From positions 102,240,001 through 102,304,000 of the forward strand of contig CM052817.1 in assembly GCA_028534125.1 (NCBI GenBank): a stretch of DNA of 64,000 nucleotides. Reading direction: 5' to 3'. Made by a program: the position numbers and the translations under genes. Under the pieces are notes generated by a model, which searched no databases, was not told where the DNA came from, and worked only from the letters and a program-made list of their open reading frames with translations. Shown here one piece after another: positions 12,339 through 25,733 of this stretch. This stretch comes from Lama glama (taxonomy: Eukaryota). How positions within the stretch are numbered: the first letter of the stretch is position 1; each line of letters opens with the position of its first letter.

Positions 12339-13244
12339 ACGTTTGTTTTCATATATATTTTCCCACTTTTAAAAGATAGCTTTTATTTCTCTATCATACT
12401 ACGTATATTTTTTTAAAAAGAGGAAAAAAGAGAGAGAGATAAATGTATAAAATGGAAAAGATGGTGACATGGTGTATGGTACCTCATAACTCAGAATAGA
12501 CGACAATAGGTAATTAAATAACAAATATTTTTATAAATGAAGTACACTATCAAAATTCTGGTTTAAATCTATATATGGTAAGAAGAGCTAAAAGTATTGC
12601 CTCTTTTTCCCTTGTGCTCTTAAGATTGTTACCATCCAGTCGTCTCTGATTGGCCCTTAAGTAACTGTATTTATCATTTAGAGAAATATACCAAGAACCT
12701 GGAAATTTCTAGTGGCTTGTCCAAGGGATAGGTGAGGAGGGGGAGTTTTCCAGAGGAAGAGTTTCCCATACTTGTTTAATTTCCAGTTTCTCAGAAAGTT
12801 CTCCCCGAGGTCAGGAACTGATATTCAATGCTCCGCACTTGGTGTTAAACTAATCAAAAGCACAAGAGGTAGGTCAGGCTTTTAAAATCCAGAGGAAGGA
12901 AAGGGGACAGAAGCCACCTGGCAGAAACACTCCCATGCCACCCCCTGGCTCCCACCAAAAAACAAGAGGCCTCCATTCTCTTCCCTTAAGCACAACCAAC
13001 ACACTTTATAATGCAGAAGGTTTGTGCCCTTAACATAAAGTATTTCTTGCTGCTTTTTTTTCTCAAGTTACAAGTGATATATTTAACTGCTGTCCTTAGA
13101 TTTTTGGCTTCCTAGATACTATGATTCCTTCAAACATCTTTCTCTTCTTCAAAATATGGAAAACTGGACATCTAATGCAGTGGTCTCGCCTTGACACTTT
13201 ATAAAGGAGCGAAGACTGCAAATAATCACACCTTATGCTGGCAT

Positions 13245-13510
13245 ATTGCTACAGAGCTTACAAAAGCTCTTGTAAATATCATTTTTCTCCTTATCACAAA
13301 CCTACGAGGTAGGTGAGAAAGATATTATCATTAACCACGTTCTCAGACAGAAATTGAAACGTCTGGAAAACAGTTGTAATATTGATTCTGTGAGCATGGT
13401 GGCTGGAGGGACAGAGCAGAGGGAATGCTGGTTAAATTTCTTGTACAAGGTTTTACAACTATTAAGTGACAGAATTTAAATTCCTTCCAAAATTTCTGAC
13501 TCTGGAGTCT
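13245..13510 (-). mobile_element. MIR
   Basis: CCTACGAGGTAGG...ATTATCATTAACCACGTTCTCAGACAGAAATTGA...TCTGACTCTGGAGTC. Confidence 0.45.
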
Positions 13511-13788
13511 GTATATACTAATTGACAACTGTTCCAAGACTGAAATGTGACTTAGGGAGATTTAACAACTCTAATATGTATAACCAAGAAGCATTAAACA
13601 TTTGGATGAAGGAAAACAATAACCTAACTTACTCCGTGTGCATACTACTCGTAAATTAAAATAATTAAATGTATAAACTGAATATCTCAGGAGCCTTGGG
13701 TATACAGCTACTTTTTTTCAGGAAGAGTGTATCTTGGCTTTTTTCCAAGAGAACATACATAGATTTACTTTTAAAAATTACACAGGCT

Positions 13789-13938
13789 GGGAGGAGAGGG
13801 TATATCTCAGTGGTAGAGCGTGTGCTTAGCATGCACAAGGTCCTGGGTTCAATCTCCAGTTCCTCCATTAAAAAATAGTAACGGTAAATAAATAAATAAA
13901 CCTATTTCTTCCCCAATAAATAAGGGAAAATTTTTTTT
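13789..13938 (+). mobile_element. vic-1-like SINE, long form, with TSD
   Basis: A and B boxes present. TSD AATTACACAGGCT (13776-13788) / AATTACATAGGCT (13939-13951). Confidence 0.9.
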
Positions 13939-15062
13939 AATTACATAGGCTTTTCCCTCCCAAAAAGATCTTAAGAGTCCCAACTATTAATTCTCCTATC
14001 AACGCATTTTTCAGAGACATATGTACTCCATGTGATTTGGAGTTGGTACTTAATCCACACAAGCTTGTTTACTTCTTTATTAGAAAGTGTATGTAACAAT
14101 AAAACAAGATTAACTTTGCAGAAAATAACAAATATTCAAAGAGATAAAATATGATAGTAGAAAATATGCAGCTTCATTCCCTGTCACCCAAGTGACATCA
14201 GACACAGACCACTGTCTGCCAGCGTAAAACTCCGAAAATGAATTAATGTCAGAGTTAACACCTTGCCGCCCATCTGTGTGGGCTGGAAAACTAGCAAGGC
14301 TGCCGTGAAAAATTCGCAAGCAGGCCAAATCAGACTGGCCACCAGAAAAGCGCCCTCCGGAGTATTAGATGGAAAGTAAGTACATGCAATTCCTACAGAA
14401 TTCAGTGAACCATCGCACTGAAACCTACAGCTAAGTACGCTTTGTGACTTAAGTACGTGCGACAAGAAACTTTATTGCTGTTCAGCCTCTCAGATAGAGA
14501 AAGGAGGGTCTGACTTTCACCTCCAATAACGGTAGGTGAAGCAAGTCGGGCTCTTAGAGAACAACTAGAAAAGTGGGACAAAATGTTAAAAGAAATAGCC
14601 AACTGAAGGCATCAAAGAACTCACAGCATACTGAAGATTCACCCAGAGGATGGCAGGGAAGGGAGTCCAGGTTACTCCACCCCAGATGTGGATGAGTTTC
14701 TTCCCAGGAAACTCCACCAATCCCAGAGGGAGAGGAGGGCAGCTGGGCAGCTGAATGGGACCCACAAGCTGCCTAGTGCTTTGGCCACTGAGACTGGGAT
14801 TCAGAGCCTGTACAGGGCTGAGGGGAGCACTCCTAAGGCCCCCACCTTAGGCTGTCCCTTAGAGAGGGACACCCTGTCACCTCCGGGTGAATCACAGGAA
14901 GGCCCTCAAAGGGGCTGCATCTCAGCTTTGAACCATCTCATTGCCTGAGACTGAGGACAGGAGGTTCTGGCCACCAGCATCCGCAGGTGTCCTAGAGTGC
15001 CTGGCACCGCCAGGCAACCAGCAGACGCAGATAGAAACCCTAACTATTAAAAGACATCATCT

Positions 15063-15550
15063 TTATTAGTTATCGACCTGATGTGTAAAAAATGATTCCA
15101 AACGTAGCGGCTTAAAACAATAACTGTTTCTCATCTGACAGTTTCTGGGGGTCCAGGATCCAGGAGTGGCTCAGCTCAGTGGTTCTGGCTCAGGATTCCA
15201 GCAGGCTTCGCTCCCAGGGTCAGATGGTGCTGCGGTCACCTACGCTCTGCCTGCCTCTAGCGGGGCCACTTCCAAGTTCAGTCACCTGGCTGTTGGCAGG
15301 AGACTTCAGTTCCTTACCTTGTGGGCCTCTTTACAGGGCTGCCCACAGCAGGGGCTTCTCCCAGAGCCAGGGAGCCAAGAGCAAGAGAGGGAGACCAAAA
15401 TGAAAGCCACAGGCTCTTAGAACTGACACCTGAAAGTGACATAGTGTTACCTTCTCCATTTTCCACTAGTTAGAATGGAGTTAAGAAGTCCAGCTCATGC
15501 TCAGCAAAGACTAAGCAAGGATGCGATCACTGGGGACCATCCTAAAGCTG
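15063..15550 (-). mobile_element. MaLR LTR (older MLT1 subfamily)
   Basis: TAGCGGCTTAAAACAA...CAGTTTCTGGGGGTCCAGGA...GGCTGTTGGCAGGAGACTTCAGTTCCTT. Confidence 0.7.
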
Positions 15551-16029
15551 TCTCATCATCCTGGACATCAAATGATTTTTACAAACAGTTCTGCAAATAC
15601 AATATCCACATATAATCAAAGAGAACTTGGAGACAAAAGGCAAAAACAAAAATGCAATAGAACCACAAGGTTCCAGATAGCAGAGTTCAGTCACCGGACA
15701 GAGGCTTTAAAAGTTGTGTGCTTGTTTTGTTTATGGAGGCCAAAAAAAAAAAGATGATGAATTTCAACAGATAAATCTAAACCAAAAAAATAAAGTCCAG
15801 GCATGATGGCATAACTGGGACTGGACTTAACATTTTGTCACAAACAACTAGAAAACTGAGCAAAATACAGGAAACAACTCTTTTCAGGCTTCGAATCACA
15901 ATACTGTGATTCTTAAGTGGAGACAAAGAACGAGGTGATGGTTACAATCGCTCAGCCAAGAGGCTCTGAGAGGAAACCAGACACAAGAGTCGGGAAATGG
16001 AGGTGAAAGGCATTCTTCTTCATAACAAG

Positions 16030-16295
16030 GATTACGGGAGTGGGGGTGGGGGAAGGGGTGGGAAAGGATAAAATTGGGAGTTCACAAATTGCTAATATTA
16101 ACTATATAAAATAGATTTAAAAAAACAAGTTTCTTCTGTATAGCACAGGGAACTATATTTAATATCTTGTAGTAACCTATAATGAAAAAGAATATGAAAA
16201 CAAATACATGTATGTACATGTATGACTGAAACATTGTGCTATACACCAGAAATTGACACACTGTAACTGACTGTACTTCAATAAATTAAAAGAAA
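16030..16295 (+). mobile_element. LINE-1 3' UTR fragment
   Basis: G-rich tract, GCACAGGGAACTATATT...CCAGAAATTGACACA, AATAAA at 16280-16285. Confidence 0.9.
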
Positions 16296-19189
16296 GCAGG
16301 AGTCATAACGTCATAACGTCAGCACATTCATATCAGTTCCCCAAACCCAGTCATTAAGGGTGAGTTAGAGGGTTAGATGATGCCTGCCCAGGCAGTAGGT
16401 AGGTGGCTTTCCAGGAGAGGAGTACTGAGTCTGAAAAATCCATTGTTTCGGAGCCAGTCTGAAACAATGGGTAAGCAAGACTGCTTTTTGTCCTGAATGG
16501 AGACACTACCTCATCCCTTAAGGTCACCTGCTGCAAACACAAGCCTGATAAATAATCCAGGTAAAGAGCAGGCAAGACCTTGCATTCGCGGCGTACCAAG
16601 CAGGTCCCCCAGCTGGACCTATGGGAAGGCCAACCTGGTCTAAAACTATGTGTGTTTCATCAAAGTGGAGCATGCAGCCAGGTGCGAGTCAAACCTCTAA
16701 ATCCTGAACTATTCTTTGCCAACTTAAGAAACCAGACTGTTCATATTCAAAATATTTTTTAATCAAGAAAAATTATGCTAGAGCTAGAGTTTAAGCCATT
16801 GATCCAAGATTTTACTTTTTTAGCTCAAAGACTATAGGTAGTGTATCTTACACTTTTATACAAAAGGCAATTTAAAATGTAACTTGATTTTACTATAATT
16901 CCTTTACTACTACAGCTCCCTTTACTGGCATATGAGTAATACTTTGCCAGCGAGGTTCTTGACTTTGTTGAGAGCTTAAGCATCTCTCTTTCCCATAGTC
17001 ACAGGTGTTAAATGTTGTACACAAAAACCCTGTCGGTGTCTGACACAGAAAGAAAAGTTTTCTAAGTGTTTCTTTCATGTAACATCTATGAAGATTACAT
17101 GAGATCGATGGTTTAAAAAAATCTGAAGAAAATTCACAGCAAGAGGAAGTTCCAGTGACACCCAGAAATCATTCTAACTACTCTGGTGTATGTTTCCTTA
17201 AAGGAGAAGGTTGAAACTTGTTTATGAATGTAAAATCTATTAATATGCTTATGAGGTCTATTAGTAAAGAATAAAAAGTAACACGAGGTTCATTTACAGT
17301 ATGTGTGTGGGTTGTTGAGTTGCCTGATCCTGTGGGTAGAGTTCATACTTATAAACGCATATATTTAACTTGAATGTTGCACAAGTAAGGAAGTATTGCC
17401 AGGCATGAAATGATAATAGGTGATGGTTTCTGTCAATAAAATAAGGCATATCTCAATATTTTCATTCTATAAAAACTATTTCACATGGTTTTAATTCTAA
17501 ATATGTATATTCTATAGCTACCGTAGTTATTTAAACACGGCAACTCACCTTTTAAAATTGCTGAAATAATGAAAAATATTCAAGAGAAGGATTAGCCAAC
17601 TTTTCAAATACTTGTAAGGATTTTTCAGAAATGTCAAAAAGTTAAAAAGCATTAGTAACTTACCATAAGCAAAGAGGTACATTTATTTCCAAGCATAGTA
17701 TGTAGAATATTTATATGTGTTTGAAAAAAGTGTTTAATGAAAATAGATATTCGTAGGTTGAATTAAAATTCATGATGAAAATGATACTTAAACGTAATTT
17801 TGAAAAAAGAATCATTTATAAAGCAAATAATCTTTCTGTAAAAGAAGTGAGTTTTTATCAATTAAACTTGTCCGAAGTAAGACATAGCTTTATATGCCTT
17901 GCAAATGGTTACAGAGTGATATTCAATATCATATTCCCTGAGGTCCGATGAAATCATTCTGTCATACGTTCATGCCAAGATTATTGAATAAGCATGAAAA
18001 AATTTTGAAGATACATGCACGTTTAGTCACCGTGATGTGTAACATCTGGCAGGTACACATTTAAATTAGCCTGACGAGGTAAAGTGTGTTTTAATGCCTG
18101 AAAATCATTACTCTGAGAGCAAAGCCTTATCTGCCGGCTCTCCTATTTGGTGTCCGGTCTTCCCTGATTAGTTGTTTCATATACAAGGATTAGTGACCCT
18201 GAGCAGGACTTCCAACCTGACATTCTTGCTCAATGACAAGAGATTTTTTTACTGCACAGTCATGTTTCATGAGCAGTAATATCACATTTTAAATGTTTTA
18301 GAATGCTGTTTCTTCAGCTCATCTAGACACAAATCATAAAGCAATCAAGACTAGAATGTGCGGCAAGTTTACTGGCTGCAGAAGGCTTAATCACATAGCA
18401 TTACACATAGAAAGGTTTAAGCATTTTATTTTAAAAGTTTGCCAGAATTTTCCTAGACCATTGATGTCATCTGAAGCTTCCTAAAGCAGAGTATTCTCTC
18501 TTAGAATTGTTTTTTTGCCTAGCCACTTTTCTTGATTAACCTTTCGATTTATTTGCTGGACAATTTCTTTATGAAGGTTTTCATTATCTGTCATATCGTA
18601 TAGGATTTCATTTGCTCTACGGTCATGTACTGATGGATCATCATCTTCATTTATATTTTAACATAATCCAGTTGAGAAAAAGATGATCAGTCCATTCCAT
18701 TATAATATTTCTTTATTGCTATTGATACAATGGATTCACTGAAAAAAAAATCCTATATTCATTAACTGTTTCAGTAAATTATTCACTGATTCTTTCTCTG
18801 CATAGCAGGTATTACTTAACTCTACTAGGCTTATGAGTAATACTACTATACTTTAAACTATTCATTAAGATAGAAAATATTTATTGCCTATTACCTGCCA
18901 GGCATTGCTCTCCTAGGACTACTAAATTATGGACCCTGGTGTTGTGAAGCCATTCAGTATAGTGGGCAAATGGGTAAAAATATAAAAGAATAATCATAAC
19001 ACAGGGTGTTAAAAGAAATCATTAAAGCAAATAAAATGTATCTATTCAATGCCTCTTTCAACCAATAATTGAAATTGGCCTACAAGTGGCCTACAAAAAT
19101 ATATACAACATACAGGGATAGAAATACATAAATTAGGGAGCTGAGACTAAGAAAAAAATGTTGGTAAACTATAGGTAAACAGTAAAGCC

Positions 19190-19601
19190 AACCATTAAAA
19201 GGACCATAACTTACCACATATTGGTAGTGGAGGTGCAAAAAGGCACAACTTCTACGGAGGAAAATCTGCCAATGCTTAGCAAAATACAAACACTTACCAA
19301 AATGACATATTATGAAGAGTACACTTCAATCCAGCTGTCCCACTTGGGAAAATTTATCTTACAGTGATATCTCACAAACGCAGAGCGACATATGAAAAAG
19401 TTTAGCCATCGCAGTGCTATTTGTAATACCCAAAGATAAGAAACCAAGAGCCCATCAATGAGAACTGGTTAAATAGCATACAGCACTTCCAGTCAAAGAA
19501 AAGCCTGCCTCCTCTAAAACAGAGCGACAAAGCTTTCTGTGTGCTGAAAGGGAAAACTCTCCAGACTCAACTGTGGGTAAAGAAAGCGATATTGCAGAAG
19601 A

Positions 19602-19632
<31 letters not shown>

Positions 19633-19865
19633 CCTAGAGGAAGGAAAATAAGAATTTCATTTATATTTGCTCGTATCTGCACAAAGAAACAACAGAAAGA
19701 CTCACAAGAAATCAATGCAGGAGGCTGTGTACAGCCATTGGAGATGAATGATGAAGTGGACAGACGCTGGAATGGGAGCAAAGTTATTCAGTATATAGAA
19801 ATTTCTATATCATTTTTACTTTGGGACATTATAAATACATTATCTATTTAAATAAAATTTAAAAA
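19190..19865 (+). mobile_element. Ancient L1 (L1ME-like) 3' fragment containing a (CA)n tract
   Basis: Degenerate similarity to L1 ORF2-end motifs (CAATCCAGCTGTCCCACTTGGGAAAATTTATC, GCAGTGCTATTTGTAATA). (CA)n at ~19603-19630. Confidence 0.5.
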
Positions 19866-20099
19866 AAATTTATACCATATTAGATATTTGCTAGACGAAA
19901 GCTGCAAATTCGCTCTGGAAATTAAATCAAACAGAGAAACCGTTTGGTACATGAATCAGAGATAAGGTTAAAAATGGTTTTAACTATTCCCCCAATACTG
20001 AGACCCGAAAGGAGTTTCTTTACTGTGTATTCAGTAACTGGGCATTTTGTGATCTAGCAAATGACAGTCTCACCAACACCTTTTAAATACATATTCGGG

Positions 20100-20680
20100 A
20101 GGCTTGAAATCATGTCCTTGCTTAAAACTCTCCAATACTCTTCCATTTAATCAAAATAAATCCAAACTTCTTACCACGGTCTGTGACACCTCCACGTGAC
20201 CTGGCCCCTACCTATGTCTCCTCTCACTCTTCCTCTAAATCATGGAGCTCCAACCACACAGATCTTAATTCTGTCCCCTGACCATAAACAGCTCCCACCT
20301 GACTCAGAGCCTTCGTACTTACCTTTCTGCCTCTGGTGCTGTTCCCCTCGGTAGAAGCAGCACAGCTGCCTCCTTCTCACCACTCAGGTCTCATTTCCTG
20401 AGAATCCTCTCCTTTCTACTCTCTGCCAAAGGAGCACCACGTTGCTCCAGTCACTCTGGAGCCCATCACCACGTATTATATTCTTCACAGCACTTAGGAT
20501 AGTCTGCTATTTTATTTTTCATCATTTTCATCTTCTTCCACAAGAAAACAACCCCTGAAGCTGTTCACTGCTGCATCTTGTATCTTTAGTGCCTAGAATA
20601 GGGCTTGGGACACAGTGGGTGGCTAGTCACTGTTAGTCAAATGAATGAACATGAAGATGAATGAATGAGTGATTGATGGA
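20100..20680 (+). mobile_element. L2 3' end
   Basis: TGCTTAAAACTCTCCAAT...AATAAATCCAAACTTCTTACC...TGTTCACTGCTG...GTGCCTAGAATAGGGC, ending in (TGAA)n. Confidence 0.7.
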
Positions 20681-21323
20681 GAAAGAGTGAATGAAGGAAG
20701 AAAGGCAAGAACAGAAGCAGGATGGGAGAAGAGAGAGAAAGGAAGGAATTTCTCAATATTCAACAATAGCTAAACTTCTCTGGCTAATATTAAGTCAGAT
20801 GTGTTACCCTACTCTGACTTTAGCTCACATAAGATTTTTAGACACCAACATCTTATACACAATTTTTAACCAACGTTAGTTAAGGCCCAGAGTTTTGATA
20901 TGACTGTATACATAGTCACTAATCTCATAAGCTATTTATCTCAAGAAAATTCATTTTGGAGAAGTCCTAACAGTTTCACTACCACTTGGATTTAGCTTAG
21001 ATTTATAAGTTATAAATTACATAAATTAAAATTTATGTTTAAAAAGCATTCTTCCCTCATCCCAAAAATAACAAAGCAGGACTAAAGACTCTAAAAAGGA
21101 GACTTTATCACTGCACTTTTCCATTGCAATACTTGGTCAAAGTTAACCAAAGGTTGTTCTAGTATAAATGGCATTTCATAGAGACTTTGGATTTGGGCAA
21201 CCACATATAGAAATCAAGAGAAGTAACCCGGAAAAGAATCTACTGGCTCCCTGGGTTTCTGCAGATGAGCAATAGGAGAAATCTAACATCAAAACTTACT
21301 TTCTGTGAAAACATGACTCACCA

Positions 21324-21803
21324 GGGTGATCATTTTGAAATGTATATAAACAGCGAATCACTGTGTTATGTACCAGAAATTAACATAGGGTTGTAGGTCA
21401 ATTACACTTCAAAAATAAATAAACTCATGGAAAAACAGATCAGATTTGTGTGGTAAGCAGAGGTGAGGGTGGGAGCAGTAGGGAAGGGGAAACTGGATGA
21501 AGGTGGTCAAAAGGTACAAACCTCCAGTTACAAGGTAAGTAAGTACTAGAGGCGTAATGTACAATACGATTAATTAACACTGCTGTATGTTATGTATGAA
21601 AGCTGTTCAGAGAATAAATCCTAAGAGTGCTCACCACAAGGGAAAACCTTTTTATCTATTTCTTTAACATTGTATGAGTTGAATGAGACGATGTTTCATT
21701 CAATCGTTTCATGATGTAAGAAAGTCAAATCATTATGCTGTACAGCTTGAACTTACACACTGCTGGATGTCAATTATATCTCAATAAAACTGGAAGGAAA
21801 AAA
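21324..21803 (+). mobile_element. Older LINE-1 3' UTR (L1MA9/L1_Art-like)
   Basis: GATGAAGGTGGTCAAAAGGTACAAACCTCCAGTTA...GTCAATTATATCTCAATAAAACTGG plus an A tail. Confidence 0.85.
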
Positions 21804-22174
21804 TTTTACTTTCTTCCAGCCACTGCACTGTGGTTGAAGAGAAGAAGCCTACAAATGGTTTCTATTTATTGGCCCAGAATTAAACAATATTTATATACGT
21901 ACATATGTATGTGCTGGCTGGATTTTATAACCATTGTCTTGTGGCTTCAGGACACACTGACTTACTTAAGGTCACACATTAAAAGTGTCTCTACTCCACA
22001 CACAGTGTCTCTTGACAGTCCAGTTTTGTAAAACAATGACTCCACAATCTAGACAATGTGTTAAATTACTCATATAAAGATTACTTCCTATTTTTTGCAT
22101 GTGTTAAGGCACATGTGTTTTTATTTATCCCAGCATAGATCTGAAATAAATTATGTTCAGAAAATGTGTTCCTC

Positions 22175-23634
22175 AGAATACAGAGCCCAGAAATAAACGC
22201 ACACACCTACAGTCAATTAATCTTCGACAAAGGAGGCAAGAATACACAATGGAGAAAAGACAGTCTCTTCAGCAAGCTGGAAAAGCTGGACAGCCAGACA
22301 CATGTAAATCAATGAAATTAGAACCCTCCCTCACACCATACACAAAAATAAACTCAAAATGGCTTAAAAACATAAACATAAGCCAGGATATCTTAAATTT
22401 CTTAGCAGAGAACACAGGCAAAACATTCTCTGACATAAATAGTAACAATGTTTTCTTAGGTCAGTCCACCAAGGCAGTAGAAATAAAAGCAAAAATAAAC
22501 AAACAGGACCTAATTATACTTACAAGTTTTTGCACAGCAAAGGAAACCATAAACAAAATGAAAAGACAACCTGCAGACAGGGAGAAAATATGTAAGCGAT
22601 GGGACTCACAAGGGCTTAATTTCCAGAACACACAAACAGCTCACACAACTCAATAACAAAAAAATAATAATAATAATAATAATAATCCAATCCAAAAATG
22701 GGCAGAAGATCTAAACAGACATGTCTCCAGTGAAGACATACAGATGGCCAACAGGCACACAAAAAGATACTCAATATAGCTAATTATCAGAGAAATGCAA
22801 ATCAAAAACTGCGATGAAGTATCACCTGACACTGGTCAGAGTGGCCATCATTAAAAAGTCCACAGATGATCAATGCTGGAGAGGGTGTGGAGAAAGGGAG
22901 CTCTCCTACACTGTAGTTAGGAATATAGTTTGGTGCAGCCATTATGGAAAACAGTATGGAGATGCCTTTAAAAAACTTACCATATGATCTAGCAATCCTA
23001 CTCCTGGGCATCTATCCAGAGAAAAACTCTAATTTGAAACAACACATGCACCCCAATGTTCACAGCAGCACTACTTACAATAACCAAGACATGGGAACAA
23101 CCTAAATGTCCATGGAAAGATGAATGAATAAAGAAAATGTGGTATTATATATACAATGGGATACCATTCAGCCATAAAAAAGAATGAAATAATGCCATTT
23201 GCAGCACATGGATGGACCTACAGGTTATCATCCTAAGTGAAGTAAGTCAGGCAGAGAAAGACAAATATCATACGATATCTCTTACACATAGAATCTAAAA
23301 GAATGACACAAGTGAACTTTTTACAAAACAGAAACAGATTCATAGACATAGAAAACAAACTTACAGTTATCAAAGGAGAAAGGGGAGAGGGATAAATTAG
23401 GAGTTTAGGACTTGCAGATACACACTACTATATATAAAATAGGTAAAAAGAAAAAAAAATAAGGACCTACTGTATAGTACAGGGAACTAAATTTAATGTT
23501 GTGTAATAATCTGTAATGAAAAGAATATGGGAAAATGATATATATATATATGTATGCATAACTGAATCACTATGCCGTAACCAGAAACTAACACAACATT
23601 GTAAATCAACTCTGCTTCAATTAAAAAAAAAAAG
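22175..23634 (+). mobile_element. 5'-truncated LINE-1 (~1.46 kb; frameshifted ORF2 3' part and 3' UTR)
   Basis: Peptides [19 protein letters not shown] and SFCTAKETINKMKRQP match L1 ORF2p. Internal (AAT)n at ~22663-22686 and poly-A at 23623-23633. Confidence 0.95.
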
Positions 23635-25064
23635 TGCCTGAAAATGATCTTTTCATTTCCCAGCAGGAGGATAACCGGTGTGAAAGTCGCCTCACTTTTG
23701 ATCAGACTATGCCTGCCTTTATTTTCAAGGTCAGCTGTAAAAAAAAGTTACGTTTCTGAGTTAGAGATGATTTATCTTAGTACCTTACTGGCTGTCTGTC
23801 CTCAATCACAGACGATACTTACTTCTCAGTTAATAAATCCTGGGTCAGGTTAAGATCCACTGACCCTTCTGAGACACATCTGCAGATTCCTAAGAGAACG
23901 ACTCTCTCAGGGAGCAAACGTCTCTGCCAAACCTCTCTGTCACCAGAACTGAAGCCTTCTTATGGTCACGTGGATAGCACTGGTTCTGTCTTTTCCATTT
24001 GCTAAACTTTAGAGAATGCTTCAGAGTCTGAACTTTTCTCTGGAAGAGTAATTCTTGTTAATGCAAATCTATGCCAAATCTTCACAAAAGGTATAGGGGA
24101 AAAAAATACAAGCAGAAGCAGAGACTAAAAACGCTCACAGCCCAGATTTTGAAGGTGATGCGCATTTCAGTAGGTGATCTGAACAAAGCTGGAGCTTGTA
24201 GACTGAAAAATGTAATCTTGGTCTTATTTTAGTAGTGATACCATTGAGGGCTCCATTACAAATATCAGATGTCTTATGTCCCATGAGTCTCTGGCAAAAA
24301 CAACTTGCTATATTTAAAGTACGGCTTTGAGCAAAGAAGGTGGTTAGGACTGCACAGAACCGCTAATTAACATGACAGCGAAGCTTCAGGACATGAAACC
24401 ACAAAGCAGCTCTCTGGTCGGTTGTCAACAGTGTCTCACACATGTAAATAATCCACGGTTTTCAAATGTCCTTTTCTCTTTTGTGCTTTATGCCCTTGAC
24501 AATGATTGTCCCGCTCTGGACCGAGATCTCTTCCAAGTCTAACACTGGTGATTACAGGACAGTATGATAGCAATCTTGGCACCATTAACTTTTTTCCTAA
24601 ATCTCACCGTAATAAAAGCATCCTGGACACGAGCTCTGCCATGTTCTTAAAGACAAATGAGACTGTTGTCAGCATGTTAATCTGCCGTGACCTTAACCAA
24701 ACGGGTAACACTGAAGTTAAACTGGTGTTAACTGATGACCATACACACATACACTCAATCCTCCAGCTGCTGGTCAGCACCCAGGAATTGTGTTTTGCCA
24801 AAGGGAGCTGCCTCTCCCATGGCTACAGCCATGACCCTGCCTCACCAGCAGCCCCAAGACTCAACTCCGGAGGGAGCTGAAGGGCTTCTCTCCAGCCCAG
24901 CGCTCTGCAAAGGGGAGGCTGCATCAATCCCTTCTTCTCAGTCCTGCCTCCCTCACTCCCGTCCAGGGGGCATTCTCAGCAGCAAGTCCCCCGCAGTGCT
25001 CCTCCGTGCAAGTTTCCATCGCAGCATCTGCTACCCAGGAGCTGGACCCTCTGTCACGCACCGG

Positions 25065-25250
25065 CTGAGGAATCTGGCTGAGATACATAGCCCCTCTGTT
25101 CCCAAGCTTTCCCATCCACAAGATGGAGATAATAGCAGTGCCTCCCATGCAGGGTGTTGTGAGAATGAAACAAGTTAATGCATCCAAATCTCTTAGAACA
25201 GTGCCTGGTATACAGTAAGTATTCAATCAATGTTTATTACACGCTATTAT
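25065..25250 (+). mobile_element. MIR
   Basis: CCTCTGTTCCCAAGCTTTCCCATC...GGGTGTTGTGAGAATGAAA...CTTAGAACAGTGCCTGGTATACAGTAAG. Confidence 0.8.
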
Positions 25251-25733
25251 TATGAGCATGTTTTCTTCTGTAGGAAGAACATTCATCAAGGAATGAATTC
25301 GTTTTCCTATTAATATTGTATTTTTTTCCCTAAGTTATAAATCAGTAGAACAATGAGGTTAAATGCAATAAGTTAGAGTTTACATTATTTCTAATGTTCC
25401 AATTATATAAAAATGAATGTGCTAATACTTTTTAATGTGCATGAAACTTCACAGTCATTTTTATTCCGATTTTTAAAACAGCATAAAGTAGTGTACCAAA
25501 TACACATGACATATCAACCAGATGTTAAAATGTTAATATGTTGCCATGCTTCTTTAAGATTTGTTAAAATAAATAAAAGATTAAAGACAGGCTTTTATCC
25601 TCATTATATTCCCAGTTGACTCCATTATCTAATTGTTCTAATTCTCTCACTAGACGGCAATGGTTATTTTTGCTGCCCATGGTTTTAAAGAGTTATTATA
25701 GTTCCGTATCTGTAAGCAGCTTTTAAATGTACG

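Noticed and set aside
14250..14360. CTCF-like strings (CCACCAGAAAAGCGC and CCACACAGATGGGCGG)
   Set aside because: Core spacing and bases depart from CCASYAGRKGGCR.
24052..24068. SOX-OCT composite (CTTGTTAATGCAAAT)
   Set aside because: The octamer is perfect, but the SOX half-site and spacing are non-canonical and it is an isolated hit.
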